Shown here one piece after another: positions 10,196 to 24,760 of a stretch of 64,000 nt of DNA (position 1 is its first letter; every line of letters begins with the position of its first letter). The notes beneath the pieces were generated by a model that ran no database searches, was not told where the DNA came from, and saw only the letters and a list, made by a program, of their open reading frames with translations. The DNA lies in assembly GCA_951406725.2 (NCBI GenBank), contig OX597815.1, positions 188,418,001 to 188,482,000 on the forward strand, read 5' to 3'. This stretch comes from Octopus vulgaris. Lineage: Eukaryota. The translations under genes and the position numbers were made by a program.

Positions 10196-13086
10196 AGGAA
10201 GATATACTGATTTTTTTTTCTTTTTTACACCATTGTTGTCCTTCATTTATTGTTAGCAGTTGACTCAGTTTGCACCACATGAAGTGTGAATTTCCTATAA
10301 TTTTGCCAAAAATATTACTAAATCTTTTGAATGCATCAGTCTTAATGCACACAGATTATTGAATGTCAACCTTTTTTGTTATTATTTTCATGGATATGCT
10401 TGTTGCTATCTGCATTTCATCTTAGTATCTCATTTCAAAATCTTTTGCTTCCAATCATTTTTTCCTGGTTCTCGACAATACTGTTCATTATCTTTTGTAC
10501 GAGTGAATCTCTTCATTTTTATAAAATTAATATTGAACATAGAAATATTTCCAGTTCCTATCGTTGATATATTCAATTTTGTTCTTAATTCTTTCTGAGT
10601 TATTCAATTTCTATCATACGTTCACACTTTTATCTTGTCATGTGAGTATTTCTATATCATATTAATATAATGACAATTAAAATTGTAAATTTAATTGTAA
10701 ACTCTAATACAAATATGTTAGTGATTTTAAATATCTTGAATCCTCCTTGATTTTTAAGAAGCTTTAGAAAGGCAGAAATGCTTATAATAACTTACCACTG
10801 TTACCATTTAGAACTTCTTGAAGAATTCATTCAACATCAATGTCTTATTTTCAATCTTTCTTTAATTTATTATTAGGAAATATATATATACTGAAGTTTT
10901 AAAAGACTTCTTTTATTAATTTTCTTTTTATACCTTTATTTAATGGTTTCAAATAACTATCTTGGAATCGTTCTCATTGATTGTTCTTGTACTGTAGATA
11001 TTATACAATCACTGCATAGCAATTCTTATGCCAAAAATAGTTTACATTAATAACTATACATCAATGAAGAATAGAATGATAGAAAAAGCGGTAAGTTGAA
11101 GTTAAGCTTAAAAAGAAAAAAAAACAAACAAAGGAAACAAAAAAAAGAAAAAAGAAAACCTAGCTAATGCATGATATTTATTAGATTTACAGATAACTGA
11201 TTTCTGAATAGTTTTGTGAGCAAAATCAATTAGAGTGAAAGGTATGGCAGATAAGCATTCAATTAAAAGAATTCTGAAACAATGGATGTGAAAAATATCA
11301 AAGAAAACCAAAGAACTGTAAAGCTAAAATAAGTACAGTTCTAGAATATAACAGAATTGAAAGGAAACGGAGGAAACAAAAACAAACTGGAATGATTAAA
11401 AACTAGGATTTGATAAGAAATTTAAATTTTATTGAATATTGTTGTTCTTCAAGGCTTCACTAGCAATCTTTTGTCAGCTTGAGTATTCACATTCAAAACA
11501 ATAGACTCATGACAAATCAATTACATTATTTCTTCTGTGTCTTTTTTTTTTTAACCTCCAAAATAGCTTTTCAATGTTCACATATCCTTCAGCAATAAAA
11601 AAGAATCAATGTTCTTATTTGAAGAAAAAATATATTTAATTAGACTGATACATTTAATTCAGTGGAATTCCAATATTTTGTAGTTTGAAAAATGAACCAA
11701 ATCCTTCAACTACATTAAGATTAATTGTGTCATTTAATGCTTTTTTAAAAAAAAAAAAAACTTTAAAATGGTAAAACTAATTAACTTACTTGATCAAATT
11801 CCTGGCAATGATATTACTTGTACAAAACCCGAATACTGCTTTCAATAAATTAATTTCAATATAGTATAGTATTTTTTTGTTCTGTATTTGTCAGAAAAGG
11901 AAGCATTTACAATTTATTTTGGATAATTCCTCGTTAATAACAGTGCCATAAATCAATCAGTTAATAAAGAAAATTATTGCATATCTACGGTTTGTTACAT
12001 ATTTATGATATATTCAATAGAATAGTTTAAAAAATATCCAATTCAAAGCTTTGAAGCGAAGATTTTATCTGCATTTGCATTTAACAGATCTTCCTTATAT
12101 GGAAAGTAGGTGAGAAATTGATTGATTATTCCTTCCATTTAATTTCCTTATAATGGTTATATATTGCTCCTCCACAACATTATCAATCCTCATTTCAAAA
12201 TGATAAATCATAAGAAACATTCCTTTTATTTATGGCTTTGATTGGTTACCCTAAAATTTCCTTTACTTTTGATGAGATGAGATATAAAATATTTTTAATA
12301 AAGGAAATTTTGTATCTATAGCCTGTAGGACATTTTCTCCTAAAAACGAAAGAGTTGATAATTTCATACATTTATTATTTTTTTAATAATGTGTATAAGC
12401 CAGAAGGGAAAGGCAATTATTTTTACATTTTATGTTGCTGTTATGAGATTTGTTGTTGTTATGATTGTTGTTGTTCATCATGAATATCTAATTAGACAGA
12501 TATTCTGTTAGATATCTGTCAGAAAAATTGAGGGTAGCCCATCTCCATTCTAATTTTGACCATCTAATCCAGCTTATCTTCAGAGAAATGATGAAATTAT
12601 GGTGTAAGTTCAGCATCCCTACATGATACACAAATAAATAACCTGTGACCTTTATCACTCCGTCTCAAATTCAAATACAGAAGTTACCTGGTTTTAGAAA
12701 TGTTTCATTTATTGTTAACAAAGCTGGGAATAACATATGGCATTCAAACTACTTTGTAAAATCCTCTTCCTGTGGGTCACATCCAGAACTAAGCAACTGA
12801 TCCAGAAACTTTTTCACTACAATTTCACGTGCCAATGATATTTGACCAAGAAACATGGTATTTAAAAAAAATCTTTTACTTGTTTCTGTCATTAAACAGC
12901 AGCTGAGAGCTGCACCACGTTCCATTGTCTGTTTTGGCATGGATTCTACAGCTGGATGCCCTTCCTAATGCCAACTGCTTTATAGAGTTACTGGATGCTT
13001 TTTATAGGCACTGACACTCATGGATTCACAAAGTAATTTGTGATATACACACATACAAACATTATTTGTCTATGGGCATATGCTCA

Positions 13087-13121
<35 letters not shown>

Positions 13122-13221
13122 CATCATCATCATTGTTTAACGTCCGCTTTCCATGCTAGCATGGGTTGGACGATTTTGACTGAGGGCTGGTGAACCAGAT
13201 GGTTGTACAAGGCTCCAATCT

Positions 13222-13290
<69 letters not shown>

Positions 13291-13714
13291 TACATGGTGT
13301 GAAGATACTAAAGTTTCAGTATACACCATGTGGCAAAATCATGAGTTGAAAATATGTAGAAAAAGAATTTGTATTGAACTTATGTATTGAAAATGTAGGA
13401 TGACATTTTCAACACCTCTTATAAAGTATTTTTTTAAAGTCATGTAAAGTCTAATATATTATTTTGTAGTCTTATACCATCTTATAAATATTTATTTTGC
13501 AGTAAAATACTTACTGTGGAGAGACTTTTTGAACACCCTGTATAAACCAAAATCTCTTCCAGATCACATCACCAAATGTCTTAACCATTTCATAGCAACT
13601 CACTTGAAACTGCCAACAGTTCTATGAGATAAACTTCATGTTTAAAGTGATACAAATTAAAACCTTCCAACAAGCTCCAAACATCAGCTTAATAATGACA
13701 AATTTATCATAAGC

Positions 13715-14005
13715 GAGGTCATTGCCAGTGCCGCTGGACTGGCTCCTATGCAGGTGGCACATAAAAAGCACCATTTGAGCGTGGGCATTGCCAGTACCAC
13801 CTGACTGGCCCTCATGCCGGTGGCACGTAAAAGCACCCACTACACTCTCAGCATGGTTGGCATTAGGAAGGGCATCCAGCTGTAGAAACTCTGCTGGATC
13901 AGATTGGAGTCTGGTGCAGCCATCTGGTTTGCCAGACCTCAGTCAAATCATCCAACCCATGCTAGTATGGAAAGCGGATGTTAAACAATGATGATGATGA
14001 TGATG
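13715..14005 (+). mobile_element. SINE family C (further minus-strand fragments at ~12905-13010 and 13120-13225)
   Basis: Family C modules and (GAT)n tail. Confidence 0.8.
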
Positions 14006-14218
14006 GATTTATTATTTTCAAAATTAATTGAAACAAAAGAAGAGTCCTTTAACAGAAATATTGTAGCAAAAGGGTTAGATGATGTTGTCTTAGGTACATT
14101 GTGTCAATGGTAAGAAACAAGACAAGTCTGAAATAACTTTGATTATAAGATCAGGAATGATATAGGAACAAAAACAATAACAACTTTATAATTTGCTCAG
14201 TATCAGCTTTATTCTAGG

Positions 14219-14541
14219 AGCACTCTGTCAGTTATGATGACGAGGGTCCCAGCTGATACGATCAGCGGAACAGCCTGCTCGTGAAATTAATGTGCAAGTG
14301 ACTGAGCAATCCACAGACACGTATACCCCTAATGTAATTCTCAGAGAGATTCAGCATGATACAGAGTGGGACAAGGCCAGCCCTTTGAAATGCAGGTACA
14401 ACTCATTTTTGCCAGCTGAGTGGACTGGAGCAACGTGAAATAAAGTATCTTGCTCAAGGACACTGCGTGTCGCCCAGAATTGAACTCATGACCTTGCAAT
14501 CATGAGCCGAATGCCCTAACCATTAAGCCACGTGCCTTCAC
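14219..14541 (-). mobile_element. SINE family D (tRNA head with TGTCCTTGAGCAAGACACTT domain)
   Basis: Homologous to 14777-15055 (+) and 38924-39374 (+). Confidence 0.75.
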
Positions 14542-14776
14542 ATACATATAACCTAAGTAGGAGTGCCTGTAAAGCTCAAGGGCAATGTATCTCTTCCCTG
14601 AGAATTGTCTATATCCAAGAGTCACCACTCTCAGTAATGAGAACCTTTCAAGCACCAACAAGGAAGCCTCTACATAGTCACTCAACATGCTAGGAAAAGC
14701 AGCTAAATCTCCTACAAATTGCACTTTACCATCACAAATAAGTAAAGGCCTCTTTGGATAATGTTGTCCAAGGCAG

Positions 14777-15055
14777 TGAAGGCACATGGTTTAGTGGTAA
14801 AGTATCTGGCCCACGATTGCAAGGTTTGAATTCGGTTCCTAGTGGTACATTGTTTCCTTGGGCAAGACACTTTATTTCACGTTGCTTCAGTCCGCTCAAA
14901 TGCCAAAAATGTGTCTTATCTGTGTCATGCTGAATCTCCTTGAGAACTACATTAAGAGAACTACGCATGTCTGTGGAATACACAGCCACTTTCATGAGCA
15001 GGCTGTCCTGTTGATCAAGTCAACTTGAACCTTCGTCATTGTAACCAACAGAGGG
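14777..15055 (+). mobile_element. SINE family D, divergently oriented partner of the 14219 copy
   Basis: GGCACATGGTTTAGTGGT head; CCTTGGGCAAGACACTTTATTTCACGTTGC. Confidence 0.75.
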
Positions 15056-15264
15056 CTTGACCTAGGCATATCTCATACAAGATTAACATCATCCTTGATT
15101 ATAACTGGAACATCTTTTTTCAGTATTGACAATGAGTTGATCAACACGAAGACCCTATTACAGTTAAGTCTATATCATAAAGTTGCAAAATTTAGCAATA
15201 CCAAACACACACACATTCTGTTATTTCAAAGTGATATTTCATTATTGAATTATTTTTGACGAGG

Positions 15265-15492
15265 TTAACCCTTTCGCGTTCAGATTAATCTGCCAAATGA
15301 AATGGTTATGCATTCACATTGCTTTCAATCAATCATGCATTATTTCATAGCTTTGGGATTTCGATGGTGTGATTGTTTATGTTTAGAATTACATTGTAGG
15401 GTAGGTGTAAGAGGCGAAATCTGGCGAGTTTGAACATAAGATAGATAGAATATTTAGGCCGGATATAGCCGGTTTAAATGCTAAAGAGTTAA
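15265..15492. mobile_element. TTAA-flanked MITE (piggyBac-type ends)
   Basis: TTAACCCTTTCGC...GCTAAAGAGTTAA; same family as 50612-51217. Confidence 0.7.
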
Positions 15493-15692
15493 GATGAAAC
15501 CAAATATGGAACACAGCCAGATTAATGTAAGTTATGAATTTCATACGTTCACAAGCATGGTTGGATGGGTAAAATGTTCGGTTTTGGGTCTGGTATTCTT
15601 GTGTAGCGTTTAGGAGCAAGTTTCTACAACTATATCCTTAGGTTGAACAATACTTTGTAAAACTATTTGGTTTGATGGAAACTCTGCAAAAG

Positions 15693-15758
15693 GTGATGAT
15701 GATGATGATGATGATGATGATGACGATGATGACAATGATGATGATGATGATGATGATA

Positions 15759-15790
<32 letters not shown>

Positions 15791-16146
15791 AATGATGATG
15801 ATGACGACGATGATGACGGTGGTGATGATGATGATGATGATGATGACGATGACGATAATGATGATGATGATGATGATGACGACGACGACGATGATGACGA
15901 CGACGATGATGATGATGATGATGACGACGATGACGACGACGACGACGATGATGTTGATGATGATGATGATGATGATGATGATGACGACGATGACGACGAC
16001 GATGATGATGATGATGATGACGACGATGACGACGACGATGATGATGATGATGATGACGACGATGACGACGACGATAATGATGATGACGATGATGATGATG
16101 ACGACGACGACGACGACGACGACGATGATGATGATGATGATGATGG
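15693..16146. repeat. ~450-bp (GAT/GAC)n microsatellite
   Basis: Read directly from the sequence. Confidence 0.95.
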
Positions 16147-16520
16147 TGTGACAGTATTGATGTTGTTGCTGTTGTTAATGTGATTTATGGCAATGATAAT
16201 GATTACATCTCTTAAATGAAAACATAAAAATCTAAATTGCTACCATTTCTTTCATTCTTCATATATATTAACTTCTGTTCTTTTGCTTTGCACAATCTCG
16301 GTTTTCACCTGCTGTTAAAATTGAACCATTAATGAAAGTTCTAAACAACAATTTCATCTATCTAGATGAGGTAAACCTGAAAAGTTATACGAGAAATGTT
16401 TAACACATTTATCGTGTTTATTCAAGTAAACCCTTCATTCTCAGTTATAACTAGTTCAAATGCTAAAGGGTTAAAGAAGGAGTTGTCCAAGGAGTAAATT
16501 TTCAGAAAAAATACAAGATA

Positions 16521-16683
16521 GGCGCAGGAGTGGCTGTGTGGTAAGTAGTTTGCTTACCAACCACATGATTCCGGGTTCAGTCCCACTGCATGGCACCTTG
16601 GGCAAGTGTCTTCTACTATAGCCTCGGGCCGACCAAAGCCTTGTGAGTGGATTTGGTAGACGGAAACTGAAAGAAGCCCATCG

Positions 16684-16714
<31 letters not shown>

Positions 16715-16947
16715 GTGTGTGCGTGTATGTTTGTATGTCTGTGTTTGTCCCCCCAACATCGCTTGACAACCGATGCTAGTGTGTTTATGTCCCCATCACT
16801 TAGTGGTTCAGCAAAAGAGACCGATAGAATAAGTATTGGGCTTACAAAGAATAAGTCCCGGGGTCGAGTTGCTCGATTAAAGGCGGTGCTCCAGCATGGC
16901 CGCAGTCAAATGACTGAAACAAGTAAAAGAGTAAAAGAGTAAAAGAG
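16521..16947 (+). mobile_element. SINE family A
   Basis: Near-consensus full-length copy. Confidence 0.9.
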
Positions 16948-17654
16948 ATAGGCAGAGGTATGCTTTAACAAAAGCTAAGGGATATCTCACTCCCAGTAGT
17001 CTTCTAGCATGCTAGACACCAACCCAGAATTCCTGAGGCCCGTACTTACTAGCTACTCTATGCTGCTTAGAAAAACATAAAGACAGAATTTTATAATTCA
17101 TATTTATCTGGAAACTTCAATAAAACAGTAGAAAAATCCAGTAATTCAACACAGTATTTATCTTTAATATGAAGTTATTAGACTGTATTTCTAATTATTA
17201 CAAATATTTACTAATGTTCTGAACTTCTACTTCTAACAAATCTTGCTATACCCATTCATCTTTTATTACTTTGAATAAGATATATACTTGGATAGAAAAT
17301 GGAGAGGAAATTGTTTACTGTCTTTCTGTAATCTGATATGAATAAATTGAAGCTGGTTATTTCAGTAAACTTACTGCAGTAAAATTGCACACATCACTAG
17401 TAAAATCTTACAAAACACATCAGTTTTACTGTTAAGTTAATGACAAGGTTTCTTGTGCTGGAATATGTTTCTATTAGTTAATTTTAACATTTAGCAACTA
17501 GTATTGATCTGATAAAATATATTTATTCGTTTATAAAGGATGGTAATAAGAAGGGTTAACAAGAAGTGGAAATTATTTGAAAACCTTGGCACTATTTATG
17601 TCAGAGAGAATCTCCATAGAAAATAATAATATCTTGTGTACAATTGTGTTTATA

Positions 17655-18060
17655 GGCGTAGGAGTGGCTGTGTGGTAAGTAGCTTGCTTACCAACCACAT
17701 GGTTCTGGGTTCAGTCCCACTGTGTGGCACCTTGGGCAAGTGTCTTCTGCTATAACCTCGGGTCGACTGAAGCCTTGTGAGTGGATTTGGTAGACGGAAA
17801 CTGAAAGAAGCCTGTCATATATATGTTTATATATGTGTGTGTGTGTGTGTGTGTGTTTGTGAGTCTGTGTTTGTCCCCCCAACATCGCTTGACAACCGAT
17901 GCTGGTCTGTTTACGTCCCCCGTAACTTAGTGGTTCAGCAAGAGAAACCGATAGAATAAGTACTAGGCTTACAAAGAATAAGTCCTGGGGTCGATTTGCT
18001 TGACTAAAGGCAGCGCTCCAGCATGGTTGCAGTCAAATGACTAAAACAAGTAAAAGAGTA
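17655..18060 (+). mobile_element. SINE family A
   Basis: Full-length copy. Confidence 0.9.
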
Positions 18061-18080
18061 AGTATTGCATTGTATTATCA

Positions 18081-18418
18081 CAGTGGCTCTCAACCGGGGT
18101 TCATACGGCCCCTGAGGGTCCATATAAAATTTTGGTGGGGTCCACACAACAAAAGAATTAATTGGAGATCCACAATAGTATTTTAAGGGACCCCTGAAAA
18201 AGATTTTGCTTAGAATGTATTGCAAGAAACAACCAGGTTAGTTTTTCTAACATTTTACATAGTTCAACCTACACGAGTTAATGTGTTGAAAACAAAATAA
18301 GAATTTTAGAAGAAGCATCTATAAAACTAGGTTTCAAACATCAAATGGCTATGGGGGTCCACCAGAATAAAATAGTAATCGAAGGGGGTTATAGATAAAA
18401 AATGGTTGAGAACCCTTG
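18081..18418. mobile_element. hAT-type MITE
   Basis: TIRs CAGTGGCTCTCAACC / GGTTGAGAACCCTTG; 8-bp flanks TATTATCA / AATTATCA. Confidence 0.75.
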
Positions 18419-18654
18419 AATTATCAGAAAACATTAAAGATGAAAGCTGAGTAAAGATAAGTGTGGGCACAGCAGCATGGGTAAGCAGTTTGCTTTGAAA
18501 CTGTATGTTTTTAGGTTGGGTTGAGTACCACTGTGTGACTGACTAATGTCTTGTGAGTGAACTTTGTTGATGAAACAGGGCAGAAGCTCATCATATAAAG
18601 TGTGTTTGTGTGTGTGTTTGGGCATGCATGCATGCATGTGTGCATGAGTGTGTT

Positions 18655-18957
18655 TTTCTTCTTTTTTCTTTGTTCCTTCTCGAGCCATGCCTGGCTCATA
18701 AGGGCCGGTTTCCTGGTTTCCTTGGCATATAGGTTCCCCACCTGGACGGGATGCTGGTCCATTGCCGGTGAGCAGCAAGATGCAGGAGAAAGTTGTGGTG
18801 AAAGAGTCAGCAGAAGTTCGCCATTACCTTTTGCCGGAGCCGTGTGGAGTTTAGGTGTTTCGCTCATAAACACACACATCGCCCGGTCTGAGAATCGAAC
18901 CCGCGATCCCTCGACTGCGAGTCCGCTGCTCTAACCACTATGCCATGTGCCTCCACA
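18655..18957 (-). mobile_element. tRNA-headed SINE with the same tail as the 1224-1861 units
   Basis: Minus-strand head GGAGGCACATGGCATAGTGGTTAGAGCAGCGGACTCG..GGTTCGATTC; tail GGCATGGCTCGAGAAGGAAC. Confidence 0.8.
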
Positions 18958-18984
18958 TGAGTGTGTTTGTATGACAGACTATTA

Positions 18985-20880
18985 AATGTGGTGAATGCAT
19001 GAGAGAAAAAGGGTCTTCACAACATAGAATCAACAGTGGGACCAGTTATCTTAGTGACACCAGTATGTCAGATAAAGCACTTAAGACTAAGAAGGCTGGG
19101 TAAGGCCCTGGTCCATCAGAAATCCCCAGAGATGCTTAAAATACCTGCTGAGGAGGGTGTGGTTTAGTCACTCATAGGGTTAATCAAGTTGTACAGGAAA
19201 GTGCTATCACCTAGTGACTGGCAAAGCTATATTATTTGAAGATACAGGGGTAAAGGAGACACCTTAGACAGAAGTAATTACAGGGGTATCAAATTACAGA
19301 GGTCATGAAAAATATGTAGAGTGTGATTTATTAGGAAGAAAATGAAATTATATGAGAAGAATTTGGTTTTGTGCCAAGACAACTGTAGTAGTATTTTGTA
19401 AAAAGTAAGTCATTGTATTTGGCATTTGTTGACCTCAAGATAGCCTTTGACAGCTTCCCTTTGCTCTGTGGCCTGGTGGTGTCTGTGGAGTCTTTTGCTA
19501 GATGAATAGTTTCCATTCATATGAAAGCCTTGTAAGACATGTGCATAGGTGCTGTCAATAAGATTTGAGTGAGCTACAGTTACATCAATGAGTTTAGTGT
19601 ACAACTGGGAGTTCATTAGCTTTCAGTTCCCAATCCTCTTCTATTCTCCAGAGTATTCTGGTCATAACAACAATTTCGGAACTTCTATGTAACGATAACC
19701 TCATTCTCATAGTGGACGCTGTTGAAGAATTAGAAAAGAAATTCCAGGTGTGGAATCAAAGAAATTTAAAGTTAGCTTAAAGCAAAAGCCGGAGTTCCAC
19801 TAATCAGGAAAACACACAGAACATTTCTCTTTTCAGGAAAATGGCTCTACTCAGTATGCAGGACAGGTGTAGGTGGAAATTCCATGCAGTGTTGTCAGTG
19901 CTTGTTATTCCACTGTACATAAGGTGCACAATCAGAAGAATGCAATGAAGATTAATGGAGAAAGTAGACTTTGAGTGTGGCAGGTGTTCTGGAGCAATAA
20001 ACACGAAGTACACACAGGAAATAGCTGCTCTAAAATAGCTCAGGAGGTTCCTTAGTGGTAGCAGAGAGCTTCTGTTGTCTAGATAACCTAATTAGCAGAG
20101 GAGGAGGATGTTCTGAAAGTATAGCTGCTGTAATAAGAATAAGAAAGAGTAAGTTTAGCTAGTTATTACCTCTGTGGGTAGCGAAAGTCCCACCTTCAGA
20201 GTGAAAGGTAGATTGTCTGGTGTTTGTGTGTGAATAGTAATGCTACATGGTAGTGAGACATGGGCTCTGAATGCATAGGACATGCAAAAGCTAGAAGGGG
20301 GAATGAAACTGCTATGCTCCATTAGGAATGCAGTGCTTGTGTGCATGGCTGACAAAGTGCGAATGTGTTGAGAAAAAAATTGGGCATAAGAAAAATGAGG
20401 TGTAGTCTGCAAGAAAGTAGACTGAACTGATATGGTCTGCTGAAGTATGGAACAAACTACCAGCATCAGTTGTTAGTTGTCGGAGCACTGCATCCTTCAA
20501 AACTTCCATGCTTCCTGAGATTCGCCAACACTACACCTGATTTTTCTCCCCTCCATACACACGCAAGCATGGATCTGACTCATACACTGTTCACTTTCCA
20601 GACATTTGTACATTACTGCATATGCTTTATATGCACTTTTGACAAGTTGTGGTGCACCTGAGCACAGTATACAATAATTTCAGTATTATTATTATATGTA
20701 TGAATGAGAACAACTGTACAAAGAAGTGCCAATTACTAAATGTGGATGGAACTTGTGGAAGAGTGAGACTTAGGAAGACATGGGAAGAGGTAATGAAGGC
20801 TCAAGCTATTGAGCCTTAGGAAGGAAATAACAAAAGATCAACAGAATTGGTAATTGTCTGTACTTGAAAAGACCCTTCTT
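18985..20880 (+). pseudogene. Decayed RTE-clade LINE reverse transcriptase region
   Basis: Frameshifted pieces translate to GKGDTLDRSNYRGIKL, AFVDLKIAFD, LLCNDNLIL (YADD-like), VKGRL..VMLHGSETWA and GTCGRVRLRKTW. Confidence 0.8.
20438..20695 (+). mobile_element. 3' end of a CR1/L2-like LINE nested in the RTE relic
   Basis: AEVWNKLPASVVSCRSTASFKTSMLPEIRQHYT* (WNxLP..VV..FK C-terminal motif), then 3' UTR and (TAT)n tail. Confidence 0.7.
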
Positions 20881-21739
20881 TCACAGTAAATGTGGAGCCT
20901 TATAAACCTTATGTTTATGTTTTTACACTTACTGGGCCCTGACTCTGCATCCAATTAGTTCCCATCAAGCCTTCTCCACCTCTCTCATCTTCCTAACACC
21001 CATCTCTAAATTCTTCAATGACACCATTCAGCTGTTGTAATCTTATGACAGGAAATTCTGCACACATTTTAACCCTTCCGTTTGCTGCCAGCGATGGGTG
21101 ACGATGATGATGATGAAGAAGATGATGACGATGATGATTTGTCCCATCAATTTTTGCCAATTATTAATAAAAGGATGTGATTGTGATGTTAACAAGATGT
21201 TTGAAATACATCCTGTGTCTTGGAAAATTAAACATTTACAGATATTTCATTTGGTTTTGGCACAGAAATGAATAGCTTACAGTTTTTATATGTTAAATAA
21301 ACTGCAATTTCCTTAATATTTAAATGGATGTAATTTATTAGCATATCCTTTGAAGTTTAATGAAACAAACTGAATGTTATGGTAGATGTAACACTTACCA
21401 GTAAAAATGAACATGTGAGCACTGAATGCAAAATGATATTTCCTCTTTGGAAAAATAAGAAATAAAATGTTTAATTCTTTCTGGATATTTTCAATTTCTG
21501 TCTCAAATGTTTTTTAATACTCTAAAAGATTTTAATTATATTATACAGAAATGCTATATACAATGTAACATTACCTTTAATTTGTATCATTAATTTCAAT
21601 ATTCTTGTCCTTAAGAATGTTCACATGGAATACAATTAACCTATTTTTTTTCTTTTTAAATTGTAAGCATTTGAAAATAACATATCTCAAATAAAAGACA
21701 TGGTTTCCATTGTTATTATTAATATTGTTGTTGCTGTTT

Positions 21740-21973
21740 TTCATCATCATCATCGTTTAACATCCGCTTTCCATGCTAGCATGGGTTGGACGATTTTGAC
21801 TGAGGGCTGGCGAACCAGATGGCTGCACCAGACTCCAATCTTGATCTGGTAGAGTTTCTACAGCTGGATGCCCTTCCTAATGCCAACCAGTCCGAGAGTG
21901 TAGTGGGTGTTTTTTACGTGCCACCAGCACAGGGGCCAGTCAGGCGGTACTGGCAACAACCTCGCTCGAATCT

Positions 21974-21974
<1 letters not shown>
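21740..21974 (-). mobile_element. SINE family C
   Basis: Reverse complement of family C tail and modules. Confidence 0.8.
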
Positions 21975-22008
<34 letters not shown>

Positions 22009-23040
22009 ATATAACTGTTCAATATTTGGTAGTTCAAGGCAAATTTCTACCGCATCACTTGCTCTACCTCGGTGTTGCAGGGGTGTGTGCAGCATTATGT
22101 GTTTTTTCCTGTTATTGGGAGTGCACAAAACACTTCCCAGTATTGTATAGTGTTAGTTTATTTTTCTCTTGAGGTGTGGTGCAGCCTTTTGTTGTATTAC
22201 TGCTTGTATTGTGTGTTGAGTGTGTAATGCATTGGTTATCTAGTTTGCTGGTGGAAGTTTATTTAATTGGGTAAATGCTGTATAGAATGTGTCTTGTATT
22301 TGTGGGTTGCTTTGTTTAGGTTGTATTATTGGATTGATAGTGTTTTTCATAGGATGTGGGCTGTTTGTAGCAGGGCTATATTTTGGACAGTGTGTAGTGT
22401 TGAGGATCCAGGTAAAACTTCTATGTTTTTGTTCATGCTTTTATTTTTATCATGCCCACTGCTCCAATTATTATTAGTATTGTTTTAACCTTCATGCCCC
22501 ACATCTTGAATATTTCAATTTCAAGATCTTTGTACTTTGACAATTTCTCCATATTTTTTTTGACAATATTTTGATCAGCAAGGACTGCACTGTCTATCAG
22601 TAAGCAGGTGTTTTTTTCCCCCCCAATCCTTGATTATTATGTCTGGGTGATTGGCTTTTATTTCTTTGTTGATTTGAACCAGGTTATCGCAGATGATTGT
22701 GGCCTAGTCATTGTCTTGTACCTTGTTTGGCACATGCTTATACCACCTATTGTCAGTTTTAATGTTCTAATGTTAGCATATTGTTCAGTGGATATAACTG
22801 CTTACTTTGTTGTGTCTGTATATGTATTCTGACTTGGCAAGGACTGGGCAGCCAGAGATTATGTGGTCAACAGTCTCATTGTGATGGTTGCACATTCTGT
22901 ATTTGGTGTTGGGGCCTGTTTTTATAACTGTTTGTAGTCAGGCATTGGTCTTGTGCGGCAAGAATCAGTTGTTCCATTTTAGCTTTTAGTCCAGAGCTTT
23001 TGAGCCATTGTTGAGTTTTACTTAGGCTCACTTCCTCACT
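21975..23040 (-). pseudogene. 3' fragment of an RLE-type (R4/Dong-like) non-LTR element
   Basis: Minus strand: RMCNHHNETVDHIISGCPVLAKSEYIYRHNKV (CCHC knuckle plus RHN), KANHPDIII..LLID..EKLSKYKDL (PD-(D/E)xK endonuclease); ends in (AAC)n. Confidence 0.85.
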
Positions 23041-23290
23041 TCCTCTCAAATGACTGAAACAAATAAAAGAATAAAAGAATAAATGCTATGCCATCTTACA
23101 TTACTTATCTGCACAGGAAACTAAAAATCCATAGGTTTTCCAAAGAACAAAACAGATTGATGTTTATTCTTCGGATATAGCCAATCAGAGGTACAAGGAA
23201 ATTTTGTAAACCATTTCAGGGATTCTCCATTTGAGAATCTTGGATGAACAGATGCATACGACCACATACATATATGGAATATATATATAT

Positions 23291-23698
23291 CAGGGACGTC
23301 CCACCTGGGTAGGCAAGGTAGGCAGTGCCTACCATGAATAAAATAGATCTATAGCAACATTTGCCTTTTAAGGCAAAATATGCACCTAATTCAATAAAAT
23401 TATGAAGGCTACTCTGATTACTATGCATAAAATGCAAAATATTTTATATTTTTGTAGATTATGTAGGAGATAATTCTCCCCTGCCTTTCAATCTCAGTAT
23501 TAAGGCTACACATAGTATTGCTGTAGTACACATGCTGTGTACATTCCTACAACACCGTTTTCTTTACATGTTATAAAGGCAGAAGTAAATCTGCCTTCAA
23601 CTCAGTTATGCGCCTGTGTTTCACTTTTTTTTGTGTTTTTTACTACATAAACGTCATTAACTACCTGCCCTGAGTAATTACTGATGGCACATGCCCGG
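23291..23698. mobile_element. Possible hAT-like MITE
   Basis: Degenerate ends CAGGGACGTCCCA / TGGCACATGCCCGG between TA-rich flanks. Confidence 0.35.
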
Positions 23699-23934
23699 TA
23701 TATATGCATGCATATAAACAGCTATGAAACATACTCATTTGTGTTCTGTTGTGATGTACACATGCATGTGTGCAAGTTTATCCAATTGCATACTCATGGA
23801 TACAACATCAACATATATATGCATACACCAATCTGGTAATTACAGATCCACAGAGCTTTCTTCACTTAAACAAGAAAACCCTTGCTATTTAGTGACTGTC
23901 TTGGATTATACAAAGGATAAAAGTTATGATAAAT

Positions 23935-24356
23935 CACACAGACACACAAACATGCATGAATATACACACGCACATGCACATGCACAAACAAACACACACA
24001 CATAAATACACACACATACGTGCATAAATACACACAAATACACACATACATACATAAATACACATATAAATACACACACATACAAAAATACACTCAAATA
24101 CACACACATACATACAAACATTCATATATATACACATACATACATACATAAATACACGTATAAATACACACGCACATACACACATACATACATACATAAA
24201 CAGATGCATAAATACACAAGCACACATATATACATAAATACACATGCACACATACATACATACATACATACATACATGCATACATGCATACATACATACA
24301 TGCATACATGCATACATGCATACATGCATACATGCATACATACATGCATACATGCA

Positions 24357-24389
<33 letters not shown>

Positions 24390-24680
24390 GCTAGTACCAT
24401 GTCAAAAGCCCTCAGTAAACTTTGTAAAGTAGTTAGCATTAGGAAGGGCATCCAGACATATAGACAATAAGGAAACAGACAGTTGAAACCTGGTGCCTCC
24501 AACCCATGCCAGCATGGAAAATGGACGTTAAATGATGATGATAATGATATTTATATAACACAAAGTAATAGAAAAGATGGTTCTATTACTCAATTATGTA
24601 AGATGTCAATCATGCGAAAGTCATGTGGAAAATAAATATATAAACCCCCTCCCTCACTTCCTGACTTTATGCACTTTATG

Positions 24681-24719
<39 letters not shown>

Positions 24720-24729
24720 GTACATATAA

Positions 24730-24760
<31 letters not shown>

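Noticed and set aside
15672-16151. Poly-Met/Thr ORF, and similar poly-Asp/Ser/His/Ile ORFs near 3596, 46252-47007, 47497 and 54046-54701
   Set aside because: Translations of trinucleotide microsatellites
18885-18957. tRNA-like cloverleaf on the minus strand
   Set aside because: It is the head of a SINE that continues into body and tail; the acceptor stem does not close
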